64,000 nucleotides of DNA. Origin: a virus. Of this stretch, positions 29,344-39,745 are shown one piece after another (position 1 is the first letter of the stretch; each line of letters begins with the position of its first letter). The stretch is taken from IMG/VR virus record IMGVR_UViG_3300037468_000493, positions 15,754-79,753 of that record; one strand, 5' to 3'. Below the pieces are notes generated by a model. That model saw only the letters and a program-made list of their open reading frames with translations, searched no databases and was not told the origin of the DNA. Made by a program: the position numbers and the translations under genes.

Positions 29344-30720
29344 CTACGGCACATTAGGAGCGGTTAGCCCCCATTTAATAGCTAACTTTTTGGCGAGTAG
29401 CTGATTCCAGTAGGCGGTGACTTCGCCCTGGCAAAATCCGATCTCACCAATTCTGCCACGCAAGCGCCAAGCATCTAGTACAGGGGCACCCACATAAAGC
29501 ACCGTTGCGGCTACCTGTGTGGTTGAGTTTAAACTACCAGTAGACCCCCACACTCCATTCTTCAAAACAGATGTTCGAGGTAAAGCATTAGTTCTAATTC
29601 TGTAATTAGCTCCCAGGACATTAGGATTAAGATCCATTGCACTCGCATTCAAAGCGCTACCCCCATTTATTGGGTCACTAAACCTTAATACCGCAGCGGG
29701 TTCGGATTTAAGATTAACATTGTTATCCCAGGAATCAGTGGGGTGCATCCCCCAAATAAAGCCAGTAGTAGTGGTAAAGTCGTCTGACTGTAAAACCACC
29801 CAAGAGGCCATAGGTTTACAGTCGAATGTAAAGCCAGTTAGTTTCAGGAAATCGCGTCTATTGGCTCCATCGAAAAGAATTGCATTCTTGCTATTAATGC
29901 CTGTTGCCGTGAATAAAGGCTGACTAGCACCCGTCGCCTGCACTAAGTTACGACTACCCGCAGATGCCCATGATGAGACTCTGCTGCTTGCCAGAGTAAT
30001 TGTGGCCGTTGCCTGGGCATCCCAATGATCCCAGTAGTTCGGTAGTTGTGAATACTGAAAATTGTTAAAGAAGTCTGCATAAAGCTGGTCGTAAACAATG
30101 CGGGCCATTTGGTCACAGGCATTGACCGTGGGGTGAATTTGGTCAGAGTACCAGTACGTTTCACCTGCTGCGCCGCTATACCCGATCTCGTAATTAAGAT
30201 GGAACCCAGCTATTTTGTACCCATAGGTTGCTGAACCTGTAATCAATAAACTGTTGTAACTTGATCGATTGACCTCTGAATAATTCTGTCGGGGCAACAT
30301 AGTACAAACTATGATGTTTGCTGGTAAAACACCACGAGCCAAGATTAAATTCAGGCAAACTTCAAAATCTGCAAACTCTTGGGCTGGTGTTTTTGCCCCT
30401 AGAACTAAGCCATTAGTGCCAGCAAACATCACAACCTTAGAAACCGAACTAAAGCTATTTATGCTTGCTGTCAGAAGAGCATTGATTGTTCCAGTACTGG
30501 AATGGTCGTAATTCCAAGATGCACCACCAGCACCGATTCTAGTCAGGTTTACTGCTGACGCTTGCCGGGTAGCAATTAGGTCTTTCAGGGCTAGGGAAAA
30601 GAACCCAGGATCAGGATAATTATTTATAATGCTGTCCCCGACCATTAAAAGGTCTATCGTGGCAGCCGCCCCCGCCCCCCCCGATCGCCCCAACCCCAAC
30701 CCGAGTCCCATGCTTGGCAT
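29344..30720 (-). CDS. SGNH/GDSL hydrolase fused to a LamG/concanavalin-like domain
   Basis: GDS, GTN and DQIHP blocks; WDAQ...RVSSW...QATGASQP...GRIGEIG. Confidence 0.75.
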   Translation of the reverse strand: MPSMGLGLGLGRSGGAGAAATIDLLMVGDSIINNYPDPGFFSLALKDLIATRQASAVNLTRIGAGGASWNYDHSSTGTINALLTASINSFSSVSKVVMFAGTNGLVLGAKTPAQEFADFEVCLNLILARGVLPANIIVCTMLPRQNYSEVNRSSYNSLLITGSATYGYKIAGFHLNYEIGYSGAAGETYWYSDQIHPTVNACDQMARIVYDQLYADFFNNFQYSQLPNYWDHWDAQATATITLASSRVSSWASAGSRNLVQATGASQPLFTATGINSKNAILFDGANRRDFLKLTGFTFDCKPMASWVVLQSDDFTTTTGFIWGMHPTDSWDNNVNLKSEPAAVLRFSDPINGGSALNASAMDLNPNVLGANYRIRTNALPRTSVLKNGVWGSTGSLNSTTQVAATVLYVGAPVLDAWRLRGRIGEIGFCQGEVTAYWNQLLAKKLAIKWGLTAPNVP

Positions 30721-30977
30721 TAGCCCACCCTATAACCAGTACATTGTCCAGCCGATAGCGTCACCGTTGCCGCCAATTTATCGCCAAACGTCTGTACTTG
30801 CCCTGCTGCTAGGGCATAGCCGCTGTAATTGGTGGGCAGGCCAGTGGTGCTAAATGTGCAGCCGTTAGCGCTCGCCTGGATGGCGCTGAATGGCCCCGTT
30901 GTAGAGGCTGTGGTTGTGATAGGGATTGGTGTTCCCCCGATTAATTTTTGATTGGCATTGGTGATAGTATTTTTCAC
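30720..30977 (-). CDS. Small virion-associated hypothetical protein
   Basis: 85 aa, coupled to neighbours. Confidence 0.55.
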   Translation of the reverse strand: MKNTITNANQKLIGGTPIPITTTASTTGPFSAIQASANGCTFSTTGLPTNYSGYALAAGQVQTFGDKLAATVTLSAGQCTGYRVG

Positions 30978-30979
30978 AA

Positions 30980-31201
30980 CTATTTGCCCCCTTTCAACTC
31001 GCTACTCAGCTTTACAATACGATTGGTTTTGCCGTCTTGCTTGATTACAACAGCGGGGTTTTCTTTGCTGCCATTGCGAACGATGGTAGAGTCGCCAGAC
31101 TTGATTTCAACGCGCCCTGTACTCACTCGGGTAACAGTGCCAGTGCCTGTGCCAGTGCCATAATTCCAGGTAACGGTACTGCCTTTTTTAGGGGTTGCCA
31201 T
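30980..31201 (-). CDS. DUF2945 / HVA1 Tudor-like domain protein
   Basis: KKGSTVTWNYGTG...RNGSKENPAVVIKQD...KLSSEL. Confidence 0.7.
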   Translation of the reverse strand: MATPKKGSTVTWNYGTGTGTGTVTRVSTGRVEIKSGDSTIVRNGSKENPAVVIKQDGKTNRIVKLSSELKGGK

Positions 31202-31530
31202 CACTTTTTCTCCTGCCGCTTTACGAAGGCTGCCGCCGACTTGATCGCAGCCTTGCCACCCCAGCCCATGACGGCTTGGATAGCCTTGGAGTCAGCGGCA
31301 GTCTTGCCCTGGGCGGCGGCTTTATCAGCGGCGGGGATATGGCGGGCAAATGCAGCAACACGCTTAGCAGTCTCTAGTGTCATCGGTTCCCCGCTGGCGA
31401 ATTGAGCGGCGCGCTTAACCCCGGTGGGCGTCATGGCGCGGCGGCTAGGCGGTAGCTCTTGCCGTAGCTCCAGCACACGCTTTGCCTGGGTCTGTGCTGA
31501 TTTTGGGGGTATCCATTTCGGGGTTGTCAT
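31201..31530 (-). CDS. Head-region conserved phage protein
   Basis: PP...AKRVLELR...TPTGVKRA...FARH...GWGG pattern. Confidence 0.6.
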   Translation of the reverse strand: MTTPKWIPPKSAQTQAKRVLELRQELPPSRRAMTPTGVKRAAQFASGEPMTLETAKRVAAFARHIPAADKAAAQGKTAADSKAIQAVMGWGGKAAIKSAAAFVKRQEKK

Positions 31531-31532
31531 CG

Positions 31533-31937
31533 CTATTCCTCTGGGCTGGTGTAAATTTCCTCAGCCTCGCTTTGCCCGTACTCGGCAACCAGGATAGGTA
31601 GCACCGCTTCATCCCAGCCGCTAACAGGACGGGCAATGCCGTGGCCTTCTGCGATCGCTTTCAGGGTACGCCAGTTGCCATCCTCGGCTAGTCCCTGGAG
31701 CTCGGATAAGCGGGCATCAATGGAGGGCCGGTCTACTTGCCTTTGGGTGGTTTCTTCGGCTTGCCCTTGGGCTTCATTGGCTTCATTTTGTATGGCATCG
31801 TTGTCAATGGGTAAAGGGGTAAGGGCAGGGGTGGCAGCATCTTCCCACGGTGCATCTACACCAGGGCGATAGTCTGATTGATTAATGATCAGCCGATGGC
31901 CGCCGCGATTGATTTCAATGGTGGGAAGAGTCGCCAT
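31533..31937 (-). CDS. Hypothetical protein with C-terminal HeH-like motif
   Basis: LIINQSDY N-terminus; WRTLKAIAEGHGI. Confidence 0.6.
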   Translation of the reverse strand: MATLPTIEINRGGHRLIINQSDYRPGVDAPWEDAATPALTPLPIDNDAIQNEANEAQGQAEETTQRQVDRPSIDARLSELQGLAEDGNWRTLKAIAEGHGIARPVSGWDEAVLPILVAEYGQSEAEEIYTSPEE

Positions 31938-31939
31938 AA

Positions 31940-32338
31940 TTATGCCGCGTGAGTAATTGCACCAGAAATCGCCAGTTGCCCGGATTGCATCACCAGCACC
32001 AGGTGGCTAGTCAATGCCCCAGATTCGGTAATGCTGATGTCCGCCCTACCGCTGGAGTTGGTCACTAGGTAACCTGCCAGTTTGGCCACTGAGGATATTA
32101 GCAAACCCCTGGAGTTAGCGATCGCCACGGCTCCACTAGCCGCGTGACCGATGGTTAATCCAGTAGCCGCCCCTGCAATGTACCAAGGCACCATTACTGA
32201 TTTAGTCAGCGGGGTGCCTTCGCGGTCGAGGAGCTGGATTTCGGTGATGATTGCATTAGTAGCTTCAGCGCCTACGGTGAACTGTGCCCCATAGGGTTGG
32301 GCCTCAAGTTCTGCCCAGTTTGTGATTAGTTCAGTCAT
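31940..32338 (-). CDS. Putative head decoration/accessory protein
   Basis: 132 aa right after the capsid gene. Confidence 0.5.
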   Translation of the reverse strand: MTELITNWAELEAQPYGAQFTVGAEATNAIITEIQLLDREGTPLTKSVMVPWYIAGAATGLTIGHAASGAVAIANSRGLLISSVAKLAGYLVTNSSGRADISITESGALTSHLVLVMQSGQLAISGAITHAA

Positions 32339-32395
32339 TGGTTTTCACCAGATAAAGGATAGGGGCCATTGCTGACCCCATCAAACTAAGCAGGT

Positions 32396-33541
32396 TTAGC
32401 CAGCGATCCGCACCGCCAATTGAGGACGGACGGCTCGAACCCCGTATAGACAATCAATCGAAAACACAGTGCGCTTCCATTCCCGTTGGATTTCAAAACG
32501 CATTGCCAGTCCCGACACATCATCCACTAAGGGCTGAATGAGTGAGCCTGGAGTTTCCAAGTCCATCATCGGTCGGCTGGCAAACGCAAACGCCTCCCGA
32601 TGAAAGGCTAGGTTTGTCGTATGAGATGCAACAAACGTCACCACAGCACCATCAGTCACGTTAGCCGCCAGTGCAGGGCTAATGCCCACGGTGGTTTCGT
32701 TCGCGGTTGGCGCATCGGCGGTCACGCTGGTGACTACATACTGCTGGGTATTGCCTGCAATCGTGAACACATCGCCCACCACAGGCAGGGTAGCTAGGTC
32801 AGCCCCAGAGGCGTTGTCCAGCACCAGGGAGACGGCCCCGGCGGTAGCGTTAGCGTCGATCGCAGCCGTCGCGGGAGCCCCCAGTGTATGGGTCGGAACT
32901 TGCTGGTCTTGATACCAGTCAAAGCCCAGGGCTCGGGTAATGGTGCCATCACGCAGCGCTTCAGAATCGCCAGATTCGTTGACCTTCTGCAACACCGAAA
33001 GGCCGAGGGCGTTGGCATAGCCAAATGGGTCTAGCACCATGCGCCGCTCGTCCATGGGGGCCAAGGCACTGTTGAGGACTCGGGCAGCTTGCTGTGCCTC
33101 TAGGGTGGAGGTACCGAAGGGGTTAACGCCAGCGGTGCCCACAACGTTGTAGACCTCTTTGTAGAGAGCAAAGATTTCAGAGTTGATCTTATTGGCCAGG
33201 GCCTTAACAGCTTTCTCAATGGCTCGGGGCCGGGTGCCTTCTTGCACCTCTTTGATTTCCTTGTCAGTCATCACAAAAGTAGCAGCCTGGAATTTGTTTA
33301 GGACTAGCTGCTTTTTGGTGCTGGCCACATCAGAGATGATGTTGCTCGCTGGGGTAGCGCCGGGGGTGACATCAAACGCCGTCATATCGTTAAGGTCGTT
33401 AATGTCAATGGTGCTGCCCTGGGCGGCTGCATCGGAACTGTAGTTATTGTTGACCAGGTTGGGGAGCACACAAGTTTCTCGCAATACTGAAAGGATATTG
33501 GCGAGAATTTGAGGCGTTAAATTTTCGATTGCGTTAGCCAT
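32396..33541 (-). CDS. Major capsid protein (P22 coat-like)
   Basis: 381 aa; NLAFHREAFAFASRP and SIDCLYGVRAVRPQLAVRI motifs. Confidence 0.9.
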   Translation of the reverse strand: MANAIENLTPQILANILSVLRETCVLPNLVNNNYSSDAAAQGSTIDINDLNDMTAFDVTPGATPASNIISDVASTKKQLVLNKFQAATFVMTDKEIKEVQEGTRPRAIEKAVKALANKINSEIFALYKEVYNVVGTAGVNPFGTSTLEAQQAARVLNSALAPMDERRMVLDPFGYANALGLSVLQKVNESGDSEALRDGTITRALGFDWYQDQQVPTHTLGAPATAAIDANATAGAVSLVLDNASGADLATLPVVGDVFTIAGNTQQYVVTSVTADAPTANETTVGISPALAANVTDGAVVTFVASHTTNLAFHREAFAFASRPMMDLETPGSLIQPLVDDVSGLAMRFEIQREWKRTVFSIDCLYGVRAVRPQLAVRIAG

Positions 33542-33708
33542 GATCGTTCCACATTGAATAGGGCAAAGAGGTTTGTAGCGTCTCTACCTGCATCGCAGTG
33601 GATACCCATCGGGCGTCCGGCGCTGAAAAAGGGGTGATGGTCATCGACCATCACCCCCCAATAGTACCCAATTTTTCGCAGTTGTGCTAAGGGATTACCG
33701 CAAGAGTA

Positions 33709-34584
33709 TCATGGGCGAATGTTAACGCGCTGCTTCCCGCTTGCGATCGCCTTGAGTTCTGCCGGGGACATGCTGCCCATATTGGTCAGGTCGTCCCGCG
33801 ACATGATTATGTCACCGCCTCGGCCATTGCCTCCGACCACGCCAGCGCCCGAGGATTTGTTGTAGGCGGCGACCATAGTCTGCAAGACAGATCCATACCG
33901 GCCTTGTTGTATTTGGCGGATAAAGTCTCGCAAGTCGGCCTTCTTCACCTCGCCTGGTGCACTGGGATCATCGACAAAACCCAGGGGCTTTCCATCGGGG
34001 CCAGTGATCGACTTCACCTCAGACCGATAGCTCACCACAGTCTCGCCACGCATGACAGGTATGTAGTCAAAGTCGACGTGGGACGTGATAAAAGATTCAA
34101 ACATACCGGACTCTGCCTCATTGGCGGGTGAGAATCCAGCCTGCTGGCCGATGGCAGTAATGGTCTGCGATCGGGCTGTTTCCTGAAGGCTTTGGGTGAG
34201 TAGGTTGATCCGTTGGTCGTAGGCCTGTTTCAATTCAGCCTTTTCCCGCTCCGTCTGCAATCGCACTTCAGCTTCTTTTTTTTGCCGTTGCTCTTCCTCA
34301 ACCTCTTGCCGCTCCAACTGAGCTAACTTTTGGCGCAATTCGGCAGGGTCAGCACCACCCAAAAGTTCATCAAATAAATCTGCCTTCTTAGCCTTACTCT
34401 TGAGATCTTGATTATCTGCCTTGATTCGTTCAAGGGCAGATTTCAGCGCAGCCACGTCGCTAGCTGGAATCATCCCAGACTCATCAGGGATATCGCGGAT
34501 TCCTACAGAATCATTGGAAGGGATCACTGTACTGGCATCGCCAGCCGCCGCCACGTCGGGGGCGTTTGTGAGGTCATCAGCCAT
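33709..34584 (-). CDS. Capsid scaffolding protein
   Basis: Acidic N-terminus, coiled coil, SSGAG near C-terminus, upstream of MCP. Confidence 0.75.
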   Translation of the reverse strand: MADDLTNAPDVAAAGDASTVIPSNDSVGIRDIPDESGMIPASDVAALKSALERIKADNQDLKSKAKKADLFDELLGGADPAELRQKLAQLERQEVEEEQRQKKEAEVRLQTEREKAELKQAYDQRINLLTQSLQETARSQTITAIGQQAGFSPANEAESGMFESFITSHVDFDYIPVMRGETVVSYRSEVKSITGPDGKPLGFVDDPSAPGEVKKADLRDFIRQIQQGRYGSVLQTMVAAYNKSSGAGVVGGNGRGGDIIMSRDDLTNMGSMSPAELKAIASGKQRVNIRP

Positions 34585-34616
34585 TTGGAATACTCGTAAT
34601 CGGTACGACTACAAGT

Positions 34617-35444
34617 TTAGCCGATAGGTAGGCGATCGCTCAAAGTAGCCATGCGATACTCAACCCGACAACGGCAACGGCCCCTACACCGGCAGGCCAC
34701 ACCCACCGGGGTTACCTCCGCAGCCGGTATCCAATCAGGACGGGCAAGGCCAGGACAGTCGGGGCAGTGGTCGGCGGCAGGGTCAAGCATTCGTCTCGCC
34801 ATCCACCGACCATCGAGGTGGCTTTGGTGCTGGGCATCAAAGAAACTGGCCCCAGCGCTGTAGCCATACCGCCCCGCCCGGTATCGTGCCATCTTCTCTG
34901 ATATCTCGCCGTCGGCAATACCCTGGGCCAGATTAGCTAGTCCATCAAGGTCCGCCACTATCTGCCGTCGCAATCGTTCTAGATGTTCTGGGGTGAGCTG
35001 CCCCGCTGTACCGGCCCCGGACTGGGCCATCCGAAAATGCGATCGCACAATATCCCGGCCCATGGCCCGTTGCCATTGCTCCAGGCTCACGTCTCCGGCC
35101 ACCATGCGATCGGTGAGTCGTTGCATCCGGGCTTGGTTCTGGGCCTGTTCTGTCAGTACCCGGCGTTGGAGGTCTGTGGTCGTCAGCGGCGATCGCCCTT
35201 GGTAGTATCGCCCATCCCGCGCACTGTAGGCCAAGCCCCTGGGGGTGAAGTTAGGGATCAGGGCCAGCAGTAGGGCCGCCACCAATAGCTCCTCAAGGGC
35301 GTTGCTGGATTCCCGGTTGGATTCATCAATGAGGGTTTGCAGTTCAGCCGTATCGTAAGGCGGCTCAAGGGCGTCTGTCCCTACCAGTGCCTCAAGTTCG
35401 GCTAGGGGGTAGGCAGTGCCGTTGATAGTGAGGGTTTCTACCAT
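34617..35444 (-). CDS. Head morphogenesis / minor capsid protein (SPP1 gp7 / MuF-like)
   Basis: HCPDC...CRCRGRCRC C-terminal motif. Confidence 0.7.
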   Translation of the reverse strand: MVETLTINGTAYPLAELEALVGTDALEPPYDTAELQTLIDESNRESSNALEELLVAALLLALIPNFTPRGLAYSARDGRYYQGRSPLTTTDLQRRVLTEQAQNQARMQRLTDRMVAGDVSLEQWQRAMGRDIVRSHFRMAQSGAGTAGQLTPEHLERLRRQIVADLDGLANLAQGIADGEISEKMARYRAGRYGYSAGASFFDAQHQSHLDGRWMARRMLDPAADHCPDCPGLARPDWIPAAEVTPVGVACRCRGRCRCRVEYRMATLSDRLPIG

Positions 35445-35504
35445 GGGCCTCAAGGAAAAACGGGAAGCCCCTCGGGTGAGGGGCGGGGGTTAGGTGAGGG
35501 TGGT

Positions 35505-35744
35505 TTAGGCTGCTTTTGCAGTCCTAATTGTCAAGCTTCTGTGATGCCAGTCTGCGCTTACTGCACCTTCACTGGCAAGCCACTTAGCTGATTTAAGTGC
35601 GTTTTCCCTGCCCTTAGTTTTGGCTGGGAAGAATTTTTGAACACCTCCGTCAGCGATGCCCCGTCCATTTTTGATTTGGATGGTGCCAATTTTTATCCAT
35701 TCGCCACTGGCGGATTGTGCAGCGATTTGAAAAGTAGTAGCCAT
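35505..35744 (-). CDS. Moron-like small ORF with own promoter and terminator
   Basis: Cassette promoter upstream, hairpin near 35466-35490 downstream. Confidence 0.65.
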   Translation of the reverse strand: MATTFQIAAQSASGEWIKIGTIQIKNGRGIADGGVQKFFPAKTKGRENALKSAKWLASEGAVSADWHHRSLTIRTAKAA

Positions 35745-35806
35745 GTAAGTGCCCTCCCAGGCGGTGGTATGTATCCACTATAACCCACACCTTTTGTGAC
35801 TGTCAA
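35742..35806 (-). promoter_or_regulatory. sigma70-type cassette promoter and leader
   Basis: TTGACAGTCACAAAAGGTGTGGGTTATAGT...CATACCACCGC. Confidence 0.75.
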
Positions 35807-35861
35807 CCATCATTCTGTACTACTTTGGACTGGTACTGGTGAAGGCCATAGCCTTGATCCC

Positions 35862-36278
35862 CTAAAACAAAATATTCCCGCCCTCGGTCACCGCCCCCAA
35901 CACATCCTGCGGGTCGATCAAGTCTTTCAGCTTGGCCTTAAGTGCTGCCAGCTTATTGGTGTAGGCGGTACTCTCCTGCACCCCAGAGGGCGATCGAGTA
36001 ATAGACAACTCCCCGGGGATCGACACACTGGAAATACCATCGTTGGCCGTCAACCCCAGGTCTAAATCTTCATCGGGGTCTCCGTACAGGGCCACCTGTA
36101 GCGCCTCAATCCGTTCCAGCAACCGCTGCACTTGGGCCACCACGGCGTCGCCATACTGCGCATCAAAAACTTCAACATCGCGTAACAACGTTTGGAGCCG
36201 GGATGACTCAGTACGCTGGTGTCGCTCCAGGTTCAAGGCTTCGGCGATGGCAATACGGTTCGCGGTGGTGAATGGCAT
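35862..36278 (-). CDS. Putative head-tail adaptor
   Basis: 138 aa after portal; ISSVSIPGELSIT. Confidence 0.55.
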   Translation of the reverse strand: MPFTTANRIAIAEALNLERHQRTESSRLQTLLRDVEVFDAQYGDAVVAQVQRLLERIEALQVALYGDPDEDLDLGLTANDGISSVSIPGELSITRSPSGVQESTAYTNKLAALKAKLKDLIDPQDVLGAVTEGGNILF

Positions 36279-37804
36279 TACTGCACCCCCATGGTAGGTT
36301 GGCCAGGTGTAGCCGCAGATAGCCCCAGTGTACCACCAACCAACGGCTCACCCTGGCCTGCTACCGCTTCCATCTCTTCAGTATAAACGCCCAATTCTTT
36401 GCGTTTCACATCGTATTCAGCTTTGTTCAAAGCCCCTGCCAAGAACTCAGACTGCCAGAACATCAACTCTTGGGCCGTCGGCGGGGTTGATAGCACTGAT
36501 TCAGATATTGTGATGCCACCCACAGGATTTTCAGGGCTCCAGTCAGGGTTGCTGAATCGTTCCCACAGGTCAAAAACTGACTGCACTGCTGATTCCTTAC
36601 GGCGAGCAATATTGCGCAGACCTAACCGGGATTGGATAGTTTCGATCTCAGCCTCGGTCGCAGTTCTGGCGACCGTGCCATTGCTCAAAAAAGCCTGGGC
36701 CATATCATCCATCGCCGCTAACCGATCCCGTTGCCCTTCCCGAGTGGAGGCGATCGCAGTGCCCGCAGGCTCCAGCAGGTTGAGCGATGCCCCACCCGCT
36801 AACGTAATCACCCGACCACTCCCGGCTAGGTCTGGTTCCTTCTCCGGGGCCGCGCCAGGGTACGTTTTCACCAGCATGGCGTAGTTGCAACGGTCTTCAG
36901 CCGTGTTTAGGCTGCTGTGCTTGTTAAAAAACTCTAGGTTGAAATCAACCAGGGGCATATACTCAGGAGTCCCGCCCCGGTCATTGTCATTGTCCACGCC
37001 AGCAAATAACAGCGGATCCCCATAGGGCGAATACCATACCAATGGCACTCGGGCCAGGGGACGGCCAGCAGCGTCAAAGATGGGGCTAGGAGGCTTAGTC
37101 TGCATCAACTCACTGCCCAGCCCCTTTGCAGCCCTGGGAACATCTTCCCATTCTTCGTACAGGCATTGGTAGCGCTGTTCAGCCCCACCGGGTAGCCGGA
37201 TAGGGGTGCCTAGCTGCTCCAGCGAAAATACCCAATACCGATTTCGCACGGTGTAGCCAAACCGGCCCTCTGGCACCGACACAGACCGCCGGATACTGAT
37301 TAGCGATATCTCTAAATGGCCGTTAACCAGCATGGTCTGCGGGGCACACACATCCCGCAAGTTGATCGGGATAAACCGGGGTCGTCGTGTCTGGCGTTGC
37401 TCGTCGCTGCTCTCCGCTTGTGGAGTATCGACCAGGCCCAGAACGCCGTTATAAAGCAAGGCCTCAATGTCCCAGTCCAACAATACTGACTCCAGACTAT
37501 TCCCCTGGCCGTCGAAGTCGTCTCGGGCATCTAGCACCGTCTGGGGTACATCGTCATCGAGGACAAATTCACTGAGCAAACCAGAGTGTGCCTTGACGGC
37601 GGGACTAAGTTTATTGGCAAAGGCCACTGATTCGATCCGGGCCTCATAAACCTTGTCGTGTTCGCCCAACTGCTGCCGCAGGTAACGACGCTTTAATTCG
37701 TCAGTGTGAAGGCCATGGTAAACGTCCCCTAGCCGGAGCCATAGGGGGCTTAAATATGTTTGCCAATACGAGGGCCGCCAGTCTGGCGTGTCTGTTTTTG
37801 CCAT
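36278..37804 (-). CDS. Portal protein (DUF4055-like)
   Basis: 508 aa after TerL; YL...E...YEARI, DGQGNSL and RTATEA motifs. Confidence 0.85.
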   Translation of the reverse strand: MAKTDTPDWRPSYWQTYLSPLWLRLGDVYHGLHTDELKRRYLRQQLGEHDKVYEARIESVAFANKLSPAVKAHSGLLSEFVLDDDVPQTVLDARDDFDGQGNSLESVLLDWDIEALLYNGVLGLVDTPQAESSDEQRQTRRPRFIPINLRDVCAPQTMLVNGHLEISLISIRRSVSVPEGRFGYTVRNRYWVFSLEQLGTPIRLPGGAEQRYQCLYEEWEDVPRAAKGLGSELMQTKPPSPIFDAAGRPLARVPLVWYSPYGDPLLFAGVDNDNDRGGTPEYMPLVDFNLEFFNKHSSLNTAEDRCNYAMLVKTYPGAAPEKEPDLAGSGRVITLAGGASLNLLEPAGTAIASTREGQRDRLAAMDDMAQAFLSNGTVARTATEAEIETIQSRLGLRNIARRKESAVQSVFDLWERFSNPDWSPENPVGGITISESVLSTPPTAQELMFWQSEFLAGALNKAEYDVKRKELGVYTEEMEAVAGQGEPLVGGTLGLSAATPGQPTMGVQ

Positions 37805-37821
37805 GGCCGTATTCTAGCCCA

Positions 37822-39279
37822 TCACCACATCGCGGGAGCACCGAGAGAGATCCTGCCCTCGACAATAGAATCCATCACCGCAAATGCCATCGCCATCGCC
37901 ATTACTCGGTCATCATGGCCTGTTTCTGCCTCCCGTTCCCGCAACGAAAATGCCTTCATTTCTCGGATGCCCTCCCAGTCGGCGGGGTAGATGGCCTCAC
38001 CCCGTTCCACAGCGATCGCAATGCGGTCGGTGTTGGTCACCTTAGATACCCGGCTGGTGTTGATGTTCTCAAACCGGGTAAAGGGTCGGCGCTTGCTCAG
38101 GTTCTCTAGTACCACCTTCCCGCCGCTATTGCCCTCCACGGCTACAATCTGGGGTTTGTAGCGATCGCAGTAATCCATCACAGCTACCATGCTCAACTCC
38201 ACCGACCGCTGGCCCTCAGCGTACTCTGCCACCAAACTAGGGCACCCATCAGTGATATCCCACACCTGGGCCACGAACCTATCATCGCCGCCGAAGTTGG
38301 GGTCAACTCCCATGACATACCGGTGCCCTGCTGCTGGCTCTGCCCAGGCTCCTATGGCCTGCCCGTCAACCGACTGCGCGTGGAACAATGCCCCGCCGGT
38401 GCTGTCGTCAAAGGATATGTTAAATTCTCGTTGGGTCTGGGCTTCGGTGATCCGTTGTTTCTCCCGAACCTCAATCAAGTAATTGTCATTCTGCCCATGC
38501 AGCGGGTGAGCCCGCCAATGGATGATCGCCTTACCCCAGCCCTGTTCATCGACCCATTCTTGGTAGGGCTCAATCAGTTCTTCCCGCATCTGGCGGCAAA
38601 TATCTAGGGCATCCACATCACCATTGTTTTCGGTGAAGGTTTCGTAGTACAACCCTGTTTTGGCGTTAGGGGTGCTCAGCAAAATAGTGTGAGCCTGGCC
38701 TTGTTGCTCCGGCACCGACTGCGCCGGAGTGCTAGCCCCAAACAGCTCCTCAAACCCCGACACAAAGGCGCACTCATCAAATAAAATATCCCAGATTGAT
38801 TCCAGTCCACGCCCACTGTTCTGGCTAGCGGTGCGAAACACAATCCGCCCCCCGCCCTCCACGGCGATATCCTTCACGTTGTTGCTAGATAGCGGGATTC
38901 CGGCGCTGGCTGCCATCAACCGCACCCGTCGGGCAATGTTGGCCGTATCGTCCTGGCCCTTACTGAATACCGCTGCAAAGTAGGTCGGATAAAGACAGGC
39001 CTTGTGCAAAAACTTACTGGCGACCATCTCAGTCAAGCCATGTTGTCGGGGCTTGACGATGACCACACCCCGGCATCGGTCTATCAGGGTGCTGATGTTT
39101 GTCTGAAAGAAGTAAGGGTCAAACGGCACCATCTGAGTTCCCGACCGAATACGGGTCAGTCGGGCAAAGCTGGGCCAGTCTCTAGGGATATGAACCAGGT
39201 GTTGCGGCACGGCCTGGAGCGATCGCCGCCGTCGCAGTTCTAGCTCTGCCCGAGCCCTGGTCGCAAGGTCAACCGCCAT
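37822..39279 (-). CDS. terL: Terminase large subunit
   Basis: KPRQHGLT Walker A, LFDECAF Walker B, STPN, GVDP, HDDRVMA nuclease motif. Confidence 0.95.
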   Translation of the reverse strand: MAVDLATRARAELELRRRRSLQAVPQHLVHIPRDWPSFARLTRIRSGTQMVPFDPYFFQTNISTLIDRCRGVVIVKPRQHGLTEMVASKFLHKACLYPTYFAAVFSKGQDDTANIARRVRLMAASAGIPLSSNNVKDIAVEGGGRIVFRTASQNSGRGLESIWDILFDECAFVSGFEELFGASTPAQSVPEQQGQAHTILLSTPNAKTGLYYETFTENNGDVDALDICRQMREELIEPYQEWVDEQGWGKAIIHWRAHPLHGQNDNYLIEVREKQRITEAQTQREFNISFDDSTGGALFHAQSVDGQAIGAWAEPAAGHRYVMGVDPNFGGDDRFVAQVWDITDGCPSLVAEYAEGQRSVELSMVAVMDYCDRYKPQIVAVEGNSGGKVVLENLSKRRPFTRFENINTSRVSKVTNTDRIAIAVERGEAIYPADWEGIREMKAFSLREREAETGHDDRVMAMAMAFAVMDSIVEGRISLGAPAMW

Positions 39280-39745
39280 TGGCTAATTTCTCCAGCGCAG
39301 AGTCCGACAGGGTGCTGATGTCGATCACTTCCTGGCGTTCGGTTGCGAGTCCTTCGGTCATGCGTTCTGCATCGATCGCCCACTTGAGCCACGCCAATGC
39401 TTCCGCAGGCTTCAGCGTAGTTGGGTCGGTGGCTTGCATCGCCAGTATCGCCTTCTGCCCTGCCAACCTTGCGGCCTTCATGTGGCGGGTCAGCATCTCG
39501 GCGGCATCGATAATTTTCTCGACCTGGGCGGCGGTAGCCTGAACGTCAGGTACAGTCCCGGTCAGTGTACCTAGATTCTCTCTGTACCGCTTCCGCTGAT
39601 CCGGCCAATCCTCTTGACTGGCACGGTTTCTAAGGCTTGAGTACGCAGGTGCTCCAGTGTACTTTGACAGCCGTTTATAGTCCAGGTCATCAGGCCCCTG
39701 AACAAACTGATCGCGCCAAATCTTCCAGTTAACTCTTGTACCCAT
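39269..39745 (-). CDS. terS: Terminase small subunit
   Basis: 158 aa overlapping terL start; HTH-like N-terminus; DISTLSDSALEKL tail. Confidence 0.75.
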   Translation of the reverse strand: MGTRVNWKIWRDQFVQGPDDLDYKRLSKYTGAPAYSSLRNRASQEDWPDQRKRYRENLGTLTGTVPDVQATAAQVEKIIDAAEMLTRHMKAARLAGQKAILAMQATDPTTLKPAEALAWLKWAIDAERMTEGLATERQEVIDISTLSDSALEKLANGG

